A DNA stretch of 64,000 nucleotides from Thermoanaerobaculia bacterium (GTDB lineage: Bacteria > Acidobacteriota > Thermoanaerobaculia > UBA5066 > DATFVB01). The position numbers and the translations under genes were made by a program. Of this stretch, positions 8,808 through 16,669 are shown in pieces (position 1 is the first letter of the stretch; each line of letters starts with the position of its first letter). The notes beneath the pieces are model-generated. The model was given only the letters and a program-made list of their open reading frames with translations, was not told where the DNA came from and did not search any database. The stretch covers positions 1,637 to 65,636 of the forward strand of contig DATFVB010000073.1 of the NCBI GenBank assembly GCA_035260525.1, written 5' to 3'.

Positions 8808-9593
8808 TCACCCGCGCTTGAAGAACCCGCCCGGCAGCGAGATGCCGCCGTCGATCGTGAGACACGCTCCCGTGACGTAATCGGCCGAGGGGCCGCAGAG
8901 CCAGACGATCGCGCCGGCGACCTCCTCGAGCCGCGCGAGCCGCCGGGCCGGGATCGTCCGCACGAGCCTCTCCTGCGTCGAAGCGTCGGCGAACTGGAGG
9001 TTCTTCGCCGCCCCCTCGGTCGCCATGATCCCGGGAGCGACCGCGTTGACGCGAATGCCGCGGGACCCCCACTCGGCGGCGAGCGTGCGCGTGATCGCGA
9101 GGACGCCGGCCTTGGCGGCCGCCGAGTGCACGACGCCCGGCATTCCGGTTTCGGCGTAGGTCGCGACCACGTTGACCATCGTCCCCCGGCCGCGGGCGAG
9201 CATTCGCCGGCCGACCGACGAGGAGCAGAACCACGTGCCGTGGAGCACGATCTCCACGACCGCGCGGAAGCCGTTCGGCGTGAGCTCTTCCGACGGGATC
9301 AGGAAATTGCCCGCCGCGTTGTTGACGAGGACGCCGATCGGGCCGAGCTCGCGCTCGACCCGCTCGACCGCGCTTTCGACCGCCGCCGGGTCCCGAACGT
9401 CTCCCGTCACCGCGAGGGCGCGTCCCCCGCGCGACCGGATCTCGGCGGCGGCTCCTTCGACGTGCTCGGCCGACCGCGAGACGACCGCGACCGGAAATCC
9501 GGCGTCGGAAAGGGCGAGCGCGGTCGCGCGGCCGAGGCCCGTCCCTCCCCCGGTGACGAGCGCGATCTCCGCGCCCCGATCGCTTCCGCTCAT
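8808..9593 (-). CDS. SDR-family oxidoreductase, 2,4-dienoyl-CoA reductase-like
   Basis: TGGGTGLG Rossmann motif. SAAAKAG segment without the canonical Tyr (HSAAAKAG), as in the DECR subfamily. Confidence 0.85.
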   Translation of the reverse strand: MSGSDRGAEIALVTGGGTGLGRATALALSDAGFPVAVVSRSAEHVEGAAAEIRSRGGRALAVTGDVRDPAAVESAVERVERELGPIGVLVNNAAGNFLIPSEELTPNGFRAVVEIVLHGTWFCSSSVGRRMLARGRGTMVNVVATYAETGMPGVVHSAAAKAGVLAITRTLAAEWGSRGIRVNAVAPGIMATEGAAKNLQFADASTQERLVRTIPARRLARLEEVAGAIVWLCGPSADYVTGACLTIDGGISLPGGFFKRG

Positions 9594-9626
9594 GGCGCCC
9601 TCCTCGGATCCGGCCGCGAGATCATC

Positions 9627-10742
9627 TCACTCTTCGACCTTTCCTTCGGGCGGCGGCGCGAGCTCCGGCAGCCGCCCGGCGCCGATCGCGTCGCGGATCC
9701 GGCGCATCCAGGAAAGGTAGAAGTGGACGTTGTGCATCGAGATGAGCACCGGCGCCGTGATGTCGCTCAGGACGAAGAGATGGCGCAGGTAGGACCGGCT
9801 GTGCCGCCGGCAGACCGGGCAGGCGCACGACGGGTCGAGCGGGCGCCCGTCCTCCCGGAAGCGCGCGTTCTTGATCGCCACGCTCCCCGCCGACGTGTAG
9901 GCGTGCCCCATGCGTCCGTTCCTCGTGGGCAGGACGCAGTCGAAGAGATCGATCCCCGCCCGGACGGCGCCGAGGATGTCCGCCGGCGTGCCGACGCCCA
10001 TGAGGTACCGCGGGCGGCCGGCCGGAAGGCGCGCGGCGGTCGAGCGCGTGATCCGCTCGATTTCCCGCTTCTCTTCGCCGACCGCGACGCCGCCGATCGC
10101 GTAGCCCGCGAAATCGAGCGCGGCGATCTCCTCGGCGGACCTTCGCCGGAGGTCCTCGTGCGTCCCTCCCTGGACGATCCCGAAGAGCCGTCCGGGTCCC
10201 GTCCACGCGCGCCGGCAGCGCTCGGCCCAGCGCGCCGTGAGGGCCACGGCGTCTTCCACCTCCCCGCGGGGGGCCGGGAGCGCGGGGCACACGTCGAGAC
10301 ACATCGCCACGTCGGTCCCGAAAGCGGCCTGGAGCTCCATCGCGAGCTCCGGCGTGAGCATGGCAGCCGCGCCGTCGAGATGCGAGCGGAACCGCACGCC
10401 CTCTTCGGTCACGTCCCGCTGGGTCGCGAGCGACATCACCTGGAAGCCTCCCGAGTCGGTCAGGAACGCCCGCGGCCAGCCGGTGAACCGATGCAGCCCG
10501 CCCGCCCGGCGAATGCCGTCGAGGCCCGGCCGAAGCATCAGGTGGTACGTGTTCGCGAGGATGATCCGGCAGTCCCAGCTCTCGAGGAGGTCGAAGGGGA
10601 CGCCCTTGACGGCGCCGAGGGTCCCGACCGGCATGAACGCGGGCGTCTCGACGGTCGCATGGGAGAGAGAGAGCCGCCCGAGCCGCGCCGAGGAGCCCGC
10701 GTCCGAGGCGTCGATCGCGAAGAAAGTCGCGCGATTTTCCAC
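9627..10742 (-). CDS. tgt: Queuine tRNA-ribosyltransferase
   Basis: VETPAFMPVGT, DSGGFQ and LMGVGTP motifs. Zinc site CACPVCRRHSRSYLRHL. GTG start at 10742. Confidence 0.9.
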   Translation of the reverse strand: MENRATFFAIDASDAGSSARLGRLSLSHATVETPAFMPVGTLGAVKGVPFDLLESWDCRIILANTYHLMLRPGLDGIRRAGGLHRFTGWPRAFLTDSGGFQVMSLATQRDVTEEGVRFRSHLDGAAAMLTPELAMELQAAFGTDVAMCLDVCPALPAPRGEVEDAVALTARWAERCRRAWTGPGRLFGIVQGGTHEDLRRRSAEEIAALDFAGYAIGGVAVGEEKREIERITRSTAARLPAGRPRYLMGVGTPADILGAVRAGIDLFDCVLPTRNGRMGHAYTSAGSVAIKNARFREDGRPLDPSCACPVCRRHSRSYLRHLFVLSDITAPVLISMHNVHFYLSWMRRIRDAIGAGRLPELAPPPEGKVEE

Positions 10743-10838
10743 TCGCGCGGAGCGTAGCACGCGGAATTTTTTCCAAAGGATCCGCGTCCTTGACGGCCCC
10801 GGGGTCGGGTGATACGTTCGGCCCGCTTCGGGGGTGGG

Positions 10839-11159
10839 ATGCCAAATCTCGGAAAAAAATTCGAATGCTTCAATTGCCGGGCGAAGTTCTACGACCTCGG
10901 CAAACCCGAAGCCGTGTGCCCGAAGTGCGGCGCCAACCAGCGCGATGCGCGCGGCGCGGACGAATCGGCCTCGGCGGCGCCGCGGCCGCGGCGGATGGCG
11001 CCGATCGTCGTCGCGCCCGACGAGGTGAGCGATTTCGAAGACCATGGCCACGAGGAAGAGGAAGAGTCGATCGACCACGCCGGGTATCCGGAGGAAGAGT
11101 TCGAAGACGAAGAGCCTCCCCTCGAGACCCACGAACGCGAGGAAGAAGAAGACTTCTGA
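10839..11159 (+). CDS. FYDLN_acid family protein (TIGR02300-like): zinc ribbon plus acidic tail
   Basis: KKFECFNCRAKFYDLGK ... CPKCG, followed by an Asp/Glu-rich C-terminus. ATG at 10839 (the ORF track extends to GTG 10809). Confidence 0.7.
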   Translation: MPNLGKKFECFNCRAKFYDLGKPEAVCPKCGANQRDARGADESASAAPRPRRMAPIVVAPDEVSDFEDHGHEEEEESIDHAGYPEEEFEDEEPPLETHEREEEEDF

Positions 11160-11634
11160 GCGGGCGACCTTCCTCGGCCTCGGAAGCAATCTCGGGAACC
11201 GATTCGCCCACCTGCGGCTCGCCCTGCGCGAGATCGGAGCGATCGCTTCGGTGGTCCGCGTTTCCCCTTTCTTCGAGACCGAGCCCGAAGGCTACTCCGC
11301 GCAGCGCCCCTTCCTGAACGCCGTCGCCGAGATCCGGACGGCGATGCCGGCGGCCGATCTCCTTGCCGCCGTCAAGCGCGTCGAGCGTCGGGGCGGCCGA
11401 ACGCCGACCTTCCGGAACGGGCCGCGCACGATCGACATCGACCTCCTCGACGTGCGGGGCGAGGTGGCTTCCTCCCCGCAGCTCACGCTCCCCCACCCGC
11501 GGCTCCACCGGCGCCGATTCGCCCTCGAGCCGCTCGCGGCGATCGCGCCGCGCTGGCGGCACCCGCTGCTCGGGAAGACCGCCCGCCAGCTCCTGAAAGA
11601 GCTGAACGCCTCCCTCTCCCGCCGGGAGAGGTGA
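11044..11634 (+). CDS. folK: 2-amino-4-hydroxy-6-hydroxymethyldihydropteridine pyrophosphokinase (HPPK)
   Basis: FLGLGSNLGNR, VVRVSPFFETEP, TIDIDLL and LTLPHPRLHRRRFALEPL motifs. The only in-frame ATG (11044) overlaps the upstream gene by 116 nt. The conserved core starts near 11164. Confidence 0.8.
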   Translation: MATRKRKSRSTTPGIRRKSSKTKSLPSRPTNARKKKTSERATFLGLGSNLGNRFAHLRLALREIGAIASVVRVSPFFETEPEGYSAQRPFLNAVAEIRTAMPAADLLAAVKRVERRGGRTPTFRNGPRTIDIDLLDVRGEVASSPQLTLPHPRLHRRRFALEPLAAIAPRWRHPLLGKTARQLLKELNASLSRRER

Positions 11635-11681
11635 CGAGCGGGCGAACGACTGTCCAACGGTGCCTCTCGGCCGGACACGGT

Positions 11682-11801
11682 GAGGCGCGGTCAGACGCGA
11701 GCGAGACGGGATGCGGGCGGGGTCGGCGCGTCCCGAGCCGTACCGGGGCGTACGTCGAGGGCGCGGCGGCCCGGCCCGCGCACCTCTCCGCTCGATGTAT
11801 G
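11682..11801. repeat. GC-rich intergenic repeat element, copy A (about 120 bp)
   Basis: Runs from gaggcgcggtcagacgcgagcgagacgggatgcggg ... cgtaccggggcgtacgtcgagggcgcgg to gctcgatgtatg. It is about 85% identical to the reverse complement of 14428-14544. Confidence 0.7.
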
Positions 11802-11815
11802 ATCCGCGGCCGCCC

Positions 11816-12730
11816 CTACAAGGCGCCCCAGGCCTGGAGATCCCGTTGCGCATCGCCCTGCACCTTCAGGTCCTCGACGAGGTGATCCGGATGCGGCGTC
11901 GCCGCGAGAACCGCCTTCAGCAGGTCGACCGCGGGGGCGCGGTCCTCCGAGTACTCGTGGATCGCCTCGGCCAGGAACACCTTGTTCACGAGGTTGTCGG
12001 GAGCGAGGCGGACCGCCTCGCGCAGGTTCTTGATCGCCTCCTCCCGGTCGATCCACCCGGTGAAGAAGATGACCTTCGGCGAGACCGCGTGGAGGCGTCC
12101 GAGCACGCGGTAGCCTCCGGCCTCTTCGAGGTTCGGGGCGATCGCGATGACGGTTCGCGCGTCATCCCGGATCTTCGCCGCGGCCCCCTGGCGGACCGCC
12201 GACATCTTCCCGTGCACGAGCGACCACTGCCCCCACGTCACCGCGGTCCAGAAGAACGTCTCTCCCGCGGTCGCGTCTCCGGCGAGCGCCTTGCCGACGT
12301 CGGCCGGCTCCAGCGACGACGCCCGTCCGCCCGCCTTCGCGGCCGCCCGCTCGCGCTGCGCCGCGATCGCGTCATCGGCGATCGGCATCGCCCGTTCGTA
12401 CAGCGCCGCTTTCTGGGAAGCGCCGAGGCCGGTATATTCCGCCTTGAAATACGTGGCGCGGAGATATTTCCACTTCGCGTCGGCGTTGCTTCGGCTCTTC
12501 CGGATCGCCGCCGCATAGTCGTCGAGCGCCGCGTCGATCTCGCGCGGATCCGCGATTTCACCGTGCCGCCCGTCGGAGCGATGGAGGTAGTGCGCGTCCC
12601 CCGACGCCATCGAATCGGTGACCCGCATCGCCTGCATCGCGCGCTCCTGCGGAGACGGGAGGGTCGGCTGCGAAGGGGGCGTGGTCGTGTGGACCTGGGC
12701 GAGGACCATGAACAAGAGCGCGAATCCCAT
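11816..12730 (-). CDS. Secreted hypothetical protein, possibly TPR-like
   Basis: Signal peptide MGFALLFMVLAQVHT. Helical repeat-like composition. No catalytic motif recognised. Confidence 0.55.
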   Translation of the reverse strand: MGFALLFMVLAQVHTTTPPSQPTLPSPQERAMQAMRVTDSMASGDAHYLHRSDGRHGEIADPREIDAALDDYAAAIRKSRSNADAKWKYLRATYFKAEYTGLGASQKAALYERAMPIADDAIAAQRERAAAKAGGRASSLEPADVGKALAGDATAGETFFWTAVTWGQWSLVHGKMSAVRQGAAAKIRDDARTVIAIAPNLEEAGGYRVLGRLHAVSPKVIFFTGWIDREEAIKNLREAVRLAPDNLVNKVFLAEAIHEYSEDRAPAVDLLKAVLAATPHPDHLVEDLKVQGDAQRDLQAWGAL

Positions 12731-12796
12731 CGGTTTTCCTCCCGCGTCGGCCGATTATAGGCGCACGAGCCTGCTAGACTCGGGCGGGAGCTCCGC

Positions 12797-13093
12797 ATGA
12801 ACGATCAAAAACCGGTCGAGCTGAAGATGACGATCGACGAGCCGACCTCCGCGGGTCACTACGTGAACTTCGCCAACATTCTCCACAACCCGACGGAATT
12901 CGTCGTCGACTTCGGCCGGATCGTCCCCGGCCGCCCCGACGTGAAGATCCTGTCGCGGATCCTGACGACGCCCGTCCACGCCAAGCAGCTGCTCAAGGCG
13001 CTCGCGCAGAACATCGCGCTCTACGAACAGCAGTTCGGGCCGATCCCGGAGGTGGCGACTCCGATGCCGCCCGCCGACGCGCCGACCAACTAG
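12797..13093 (+). CDS. DUF3467-family small protein
   Basis: GHYVNFANILHNPTEFVVDFGR matches the DUF3467 signature. RBS-like gggag lies upstream of the ATG. Confidence 0.65.
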   Translation: MNDQKPVELKMTIDEPTSAGHYVNFANILHNPTEFVVDFGRIVPGRPDVKILSRILTTPVHAKQLLKALAQNIALYEQQFGPIPEVATPMPPADAPTN

Positions 13094-13138
13094 TGGCCCG
13101 CGCGGCGACCTGTCCCGCCGAAGCCTTGGCGAAGGCGG

Positions 13139-13325
13139 ATACATCGAGCCGGACGGGCGCGTGCCGCCCCCTCTGCAAGGCCGTTCAGTTGATGCAATGA
13201 CGAGGCGCGGCCAGACGTCTGGAAGACGGGTCCGGGGTGTCTGCCGGAGGCGAAGGCGTACTGAGACGTACGTCGAGCCGCCGGCAGGCACCCCGGACCC
13301 GTATAACGGCGCGTATGGTCCGCGC
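13139..13325. repeat. GC-rich intergenic repeat element, copy B (composite: short inverted fragment plus full direct copy with a 20-bp stem)
   Basis: atacatcgagccggacgggcgc is the inverted end. gaggcgcggccagacg ... gggtccggggtgtctgccgg ... gcgtactgagacgtacgtcgagccg ... ccggcaggcaccccggaccc is the direct copy, with a near-perfect 20-bp inverted repeat around the conserved core. Confidence 0.65.
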
Positions 13326-13328
13326 CCG

Positions 13329-14408
13329 TTAACGAGTGAGCGTTCCGCCTCCGAGCACCACATCCCCGTCGTAGAACACGGCCGCCTGCCCCGGAGCGAT
13401 CGCCGAGATCTCCTCGTGGAAGAGAATTCGCGCGCGATCCTCTCGGGCGGGCACGACGGTCGCCGCGACTTCGCGTCCCCGATGGCGAACCCGGACGGAA
13501 GCCTCGACGGGACTCTCCGGAGGGTCGATCGACGTCCATCGCACCTCGCCGACTTCCGCCTCCAGCGCCAGCAAATCCTCCCGCGACCCGAGGCGCACGT
13601 CTCCCGTCGCCGCGTCGATCGCGGTGACGTACCGGCGCTCCCCGAACGCGGCGCCGAGTCCGCGCCGCTGCCCGACCGTGAAGCGATGGACGCCGCCGTG
13701 CTCCCCGATCGCCCCGCCGCCTTCCGCGACGAACCGGCCGTGCGTCGGGAGCGCGATCCCCATCGCCGGCGCCTGCCGCTCGACGAAGGACGCGGCGCTC
13801 TGCGTGGCCGGCACGAAGCAGATCTCCATCGATTCCGCTTTTTCGGCGGTCGGAAGCCCGGCGCGGCGCGCCATGGCGCGGACCCGGTCCTTCGTGAGAT
13901 GCCCGACCGGAAAGAGTGCGCGGGAGAGCGGCTCCCGGCCCAGGTCCCAGAGGAAGTACGACTGGTCCTTCGCCGCGTCCGCGCCCCTGCGCAGCACGGG
14001 GCGGCCCGAGGAATCGATCCCGGTCCTCGCGTAGTGCCCCGTGGCGACGGCCTCGCAGCCGAACTCCGACGCCCGCCGGGCCAGAGCGGCGAACTTCACG
14101 TGGGTGTTGCAGCGCGAGCAGGGAATCGGCGTCGACCCCCGCGCGTACGAACGGACGAACGGCTCGACGACCGTGCGCCGGAACTCCTCCTCGAGGTCGA
14201 GCACGTAATGCGGAATGTCGAGCCTCCATGCGACCCGGCGCGCGTCGCCGAGGTCGTCCAGCGTGCAGCACCGCCCGCTCCTCCCCGCCTCGGAGGAGTG
14301 ATCCCAGAGCTGCATCGAGAGCCCCACCACCTCGTGCCCCGCCTCCTTCAGGAGCAGGGCGGCGACGGAGGAATCGACGCCGCCGGACATCGCCACCGCA
14401 ATCCGCAT
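13329..14408 (-). CDS. mnmA: tRNA-specific 2-thiouridylase
   Basis: ATG at 14408. [19 protein letters not shown]-loop. CxxC... and DQSYFL motifs. Confidence 0.9.
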   Translation of the reverse strand: MRIAVAMSGGVDSSVAALLLKEAGHEVVGLSMQLWDHSSEAGRSGRCCTLDDLGDARRVAWRLDIPHYVLDLEEEFRRTVVEPFVRSYARGSTPIPCSRCNTHVKFAALARRASEFGCEAVATGHYARTGIDSSGRPVLRRGADAAKDQSYFLWDLGREPLSRALFPVGHLTKDRVRAMARRAGLPTAEKAESMEICFVPATQSAASFVERQAPAMGIALPTHGRFVAEGGGAIGEHGGVHRFTVGQRRGLGAAFGERRYVTAIDAATGDVRLGSREDLLALEAEVGEVRWTSIDPPESPVEASVRVRHRGREVAATVVPAREDRARILFHEEISAIAPGQAAVFYDGDVVLGGGTLTR

Positions 14409-14427
14409 TTGCCTATGGTAGCGCGGC

Positions 14428-14544
14428 CATACATCGAGCGAATACGGGCGCGGGCCCGGCCACCGCGCCGTCGACGTACGCCCCGTACGCCTCGGGACAC
14501 GGTGGCCGGGCCCGCATCCCGTCTCGCCCGCGTCTGACCGCGCC
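14428..14544. repeat. GC-rich intergenic repeat element, copy C1 (inverted relative to copy A)
   Basis: catacatcgagcg ... cgggcccggccaccg [loop with cgtcgacgtacgccccgtacg] cggtggccgggcccg ... cgtctgaccgcgcc. The internal stem is a perfect 15-bp inverted repeat. Confidence 0.7.
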
Positions 14545-14611
14545 CCGACGACCTGCGCGGGCGGGAAAACGAGAACGAGACCTGTCGTTCCGAATACCGA
14601 CGAGGCCGGGC

Positions 14612-14721
14612 GAGGCGCGAGCCCGACGGGATGTGGGCCGGTCGAGAGATCCCGAGGCATACCGGCGGCGTATGTCGCAGGGTCTCGCGGACGGCACGCG
14701 CCCGTCCGGCTCGATGCATCG
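14612..14721. repeat. GC-rich intergenic repeat element, copy C2 (direct orientation, head-to-head with C1)
   Basis: gaggcgcgagcccgacgggatgtgggccgg ... ggcggcgtatgtcgcagg ... ggctcgatgcatcg. Confidence 0.6.
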
Positions 14722-14736
14722 ATCGGCCGGCAGCTC

Positions 14737-15366
14737 CTAGGCGGACTCCGTGACGATGAGCATCAACGTGCTCCCGCCCACCTCGAACTCTCCGTACTGG
14801 TCGAGCGGTGCAGATTCGACGCGCTCCCCCCCGAAGTAGGTGCCGTTCGTGGACTCCAGGTCGAAAACCGTCACCGAGTCGTCCTCGACCTCGATCGCCG
14901 CGTGCGAGCGGGAGATCTCCGCGTCCGAGAGGACGATGTCGGACCCCGCGCGTCCGACGACGACGCGGGGTTTCTCGATCGCAAACGTCTTTCCCGCGTC
15001 GGGGCCCGAGATCACGGCGAGAGACAGTTTCTTGCCGGCGGGGAGCCGGAGAGCCGCCGGGTGCGGCGCCGCCTTCGCGTGTGCGCGGGTCGACTCTCCC
15101 GCGTGTTTCCGGTGGTCGAACGCCTCCGGACGCCGCGTGAAGGTCGTCTCGGTGCCGACGAGCGGCGGCGGGTTGATCGGCGCATCGGCGCGGAAGCCGG
15201 AGGCCGCCGCCGGCGCCGGAGACGGGGGCGGGTCCGGCGCCGCCGGGTTCGCGATTTCGAAGATCGTCTCGCATTTCGTGCAGCGGATCTTCTTCGCCGG
15301 CTTCCCCCCGAAGCGCGCTTCCTCGTAGCGGTACTTTGCCGCACACGCCGGACAGGAGACGATCAA
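14737..15366 (-). CDS. FHA-domain protein with N-terminal MJ0042-type zinc ribbon
   Basis: TTG start at 15366, preceded by GGGGGAG. N-terminus (M)[15 protein letters not shown] ... [14 protein letters not shown]-terminal FHA: [42 protein letters not shown]. Confidence 0.75.
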   Translation of the reverse strand: MIVSCPACAAKYRYEEARFGGKPAKKIRCTKCETIFEIANPAAPDPPPSPAPAAASGFRADAPINPPPLVGTETTFTRRPEAFDHRKHAGESTRAHAKAAPHPAALRLPAGKKLSLAVISGPDAGKTFAIEKPRVVVGRAGSDIVLSDAEISRSHAAIEVEDDSVTVFDLESTNGTYFGGERVESAPLDQYGEFEVGGSTLMLIVTESA

Positions 15367-15440
15367 CGCGCTCCCCCGTCCCCCGAGACCTCCGGTGAAT
15401 TCATGGATGGCGCCATTTTGCCACCGGCCGGCGCCGGCGA

Positions 15441-16565
15441 TCAAGATCGATCCGTGCGGAGGATCCGTCGGAGCGCGGAAACGACGGCCTCGACCTGAGC
15501 GAGATCGTTGCCCGGGCCGAACGAAAACCGGACCGTGCTCCTCGCTTCCTCCGACGAGGCGCCGAGCGCGAGAATCGCCGCCGACGGGGCGACCGAACCG
15601 GACGAGCAGGCCGATCCGACCGAAACGGCGATTCCGTCGAGATCGAGGGCGATCGCGATCCCTTCGCCGGAGCGGCCCGGAAATGCCGCCGCGGAAGTGT
15701 TCCCGACCCGGAGCGCCGCCTTTCCCCAGATGCGCACGGCAGGCCATTCGCGCCCCAGAGCCTCCTCGAATGCGTCGCGGAGGCCGGCGACTCTCTCCCG
15801 CTCGTGGGCCGACTCCTCGCGGCACAGCCGCGCGGCTTCCCCGAAACCCGCGATCCCGGCGACGTTCTCCGTGCCGCCCCGGCGCCGGCGCTCCTGGCCG
15901 CCGCCGGGAAAGAGCGCCGGCAGCTCCACGCCCCGACGCACCCACAGCGCTCCGGTTCCTTTCGGCCCGCCGATCTTGTGAGCCGAGACCGAGATCAGGT
16001 CGGCGCCGCTCGCGGCGCCGACGTCGATCTTACCGGCCGCCGCGACCGCGTCCGTGTGGAAGAGCGCGCCGGCATTCCGCGCCCGGCCGGCGAGGATCGC
16101 GACCGGGAAGATTCCACCGTACTCGTTGTTGGCCGCCATGACCGAGACGAGCGCGACGCGGTCGTCGATCCACCGTTCTGCGGCGCCGAGGTCGATCTCA
16201 CCGGACGGAAGGACCGGCAGGACCCGGCGCTCGAAACCCTCCCGCTCGAGAGCGCGGGCGGGCTCCGAGACGGCCGGGTGCTCGACGGAGGACACGGCGA
16301 CGACGCGGCGGGCCGACGCCCGGGCCGAGTAGAGGGCGATCGCGTCGGCTTCGGTGCCCCCCGACGTGAACACGACCTCTTCCGGCTCGGAAGCCCCGAG
16401 GAGGAGGGCGACCTGCTCGCGCGCTTCCTCGACCGCCCGTCTCGCGCGGCGGCCCGCCGAGTGCACCGACGACGGATTTCCCCAGATTTCATCCAGGAAG
16501 GGCTCCATCGCGGCCTTCACCCGGGAATCGACCGGGGTCGTCGCGTTGTAGTCGGCGTAGATCAT
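15441..16565 (-). CDS. iscS: Cysteine desulfurase (class V aminotransferase, IscS/NifS family)
   Basis: MIYADYNATTP N-terminus. SAHKIGGPKG contains the PLP lysine. SVGSACSSG contains the active Cys. Confidence 0.85.
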   Translation of the reverse strand: MIYADYNATTPVDSRVKAAMEPFLDEIWGNPSSVHSAGRRARRAVEEAREQVALLLGASEPEEVVFTSGGTEADAIALYSARASARRVVAVSSVEHPAVSEPARALEREGFERRVLPVLPSGEIDLGAAERWIDDRVALVSVMAANNEYGGIFPVAILAGRARNAGALFHTDAVAAAGKIDVGAASGADLISVSAHKIGGPKGTGALWVRRGVELPALFPGGGQERRRRGGTENVAGIAGFGEAARLCREESAHERERVAGLRDAFEEALGREWPAVRIWGKAALRVGNTSAAAFPGRSGEGIAIALDLDGIAVSVGSACSSGSVAPSAAILALGASSEEARSTVRFSFGPGNDLAQVEAVVSALRRILRTDRS

Positions 16566-16669
16566 CGCGCCGATTCTAGGCCGGCTCCGCATCGGCCGAT
16601 CCGGGGATCCTGAAGAGAGGAGAAAGTCGGAATGGCCCGAGCTTCCCGGAGGTTAGGATCGATGGCAAA

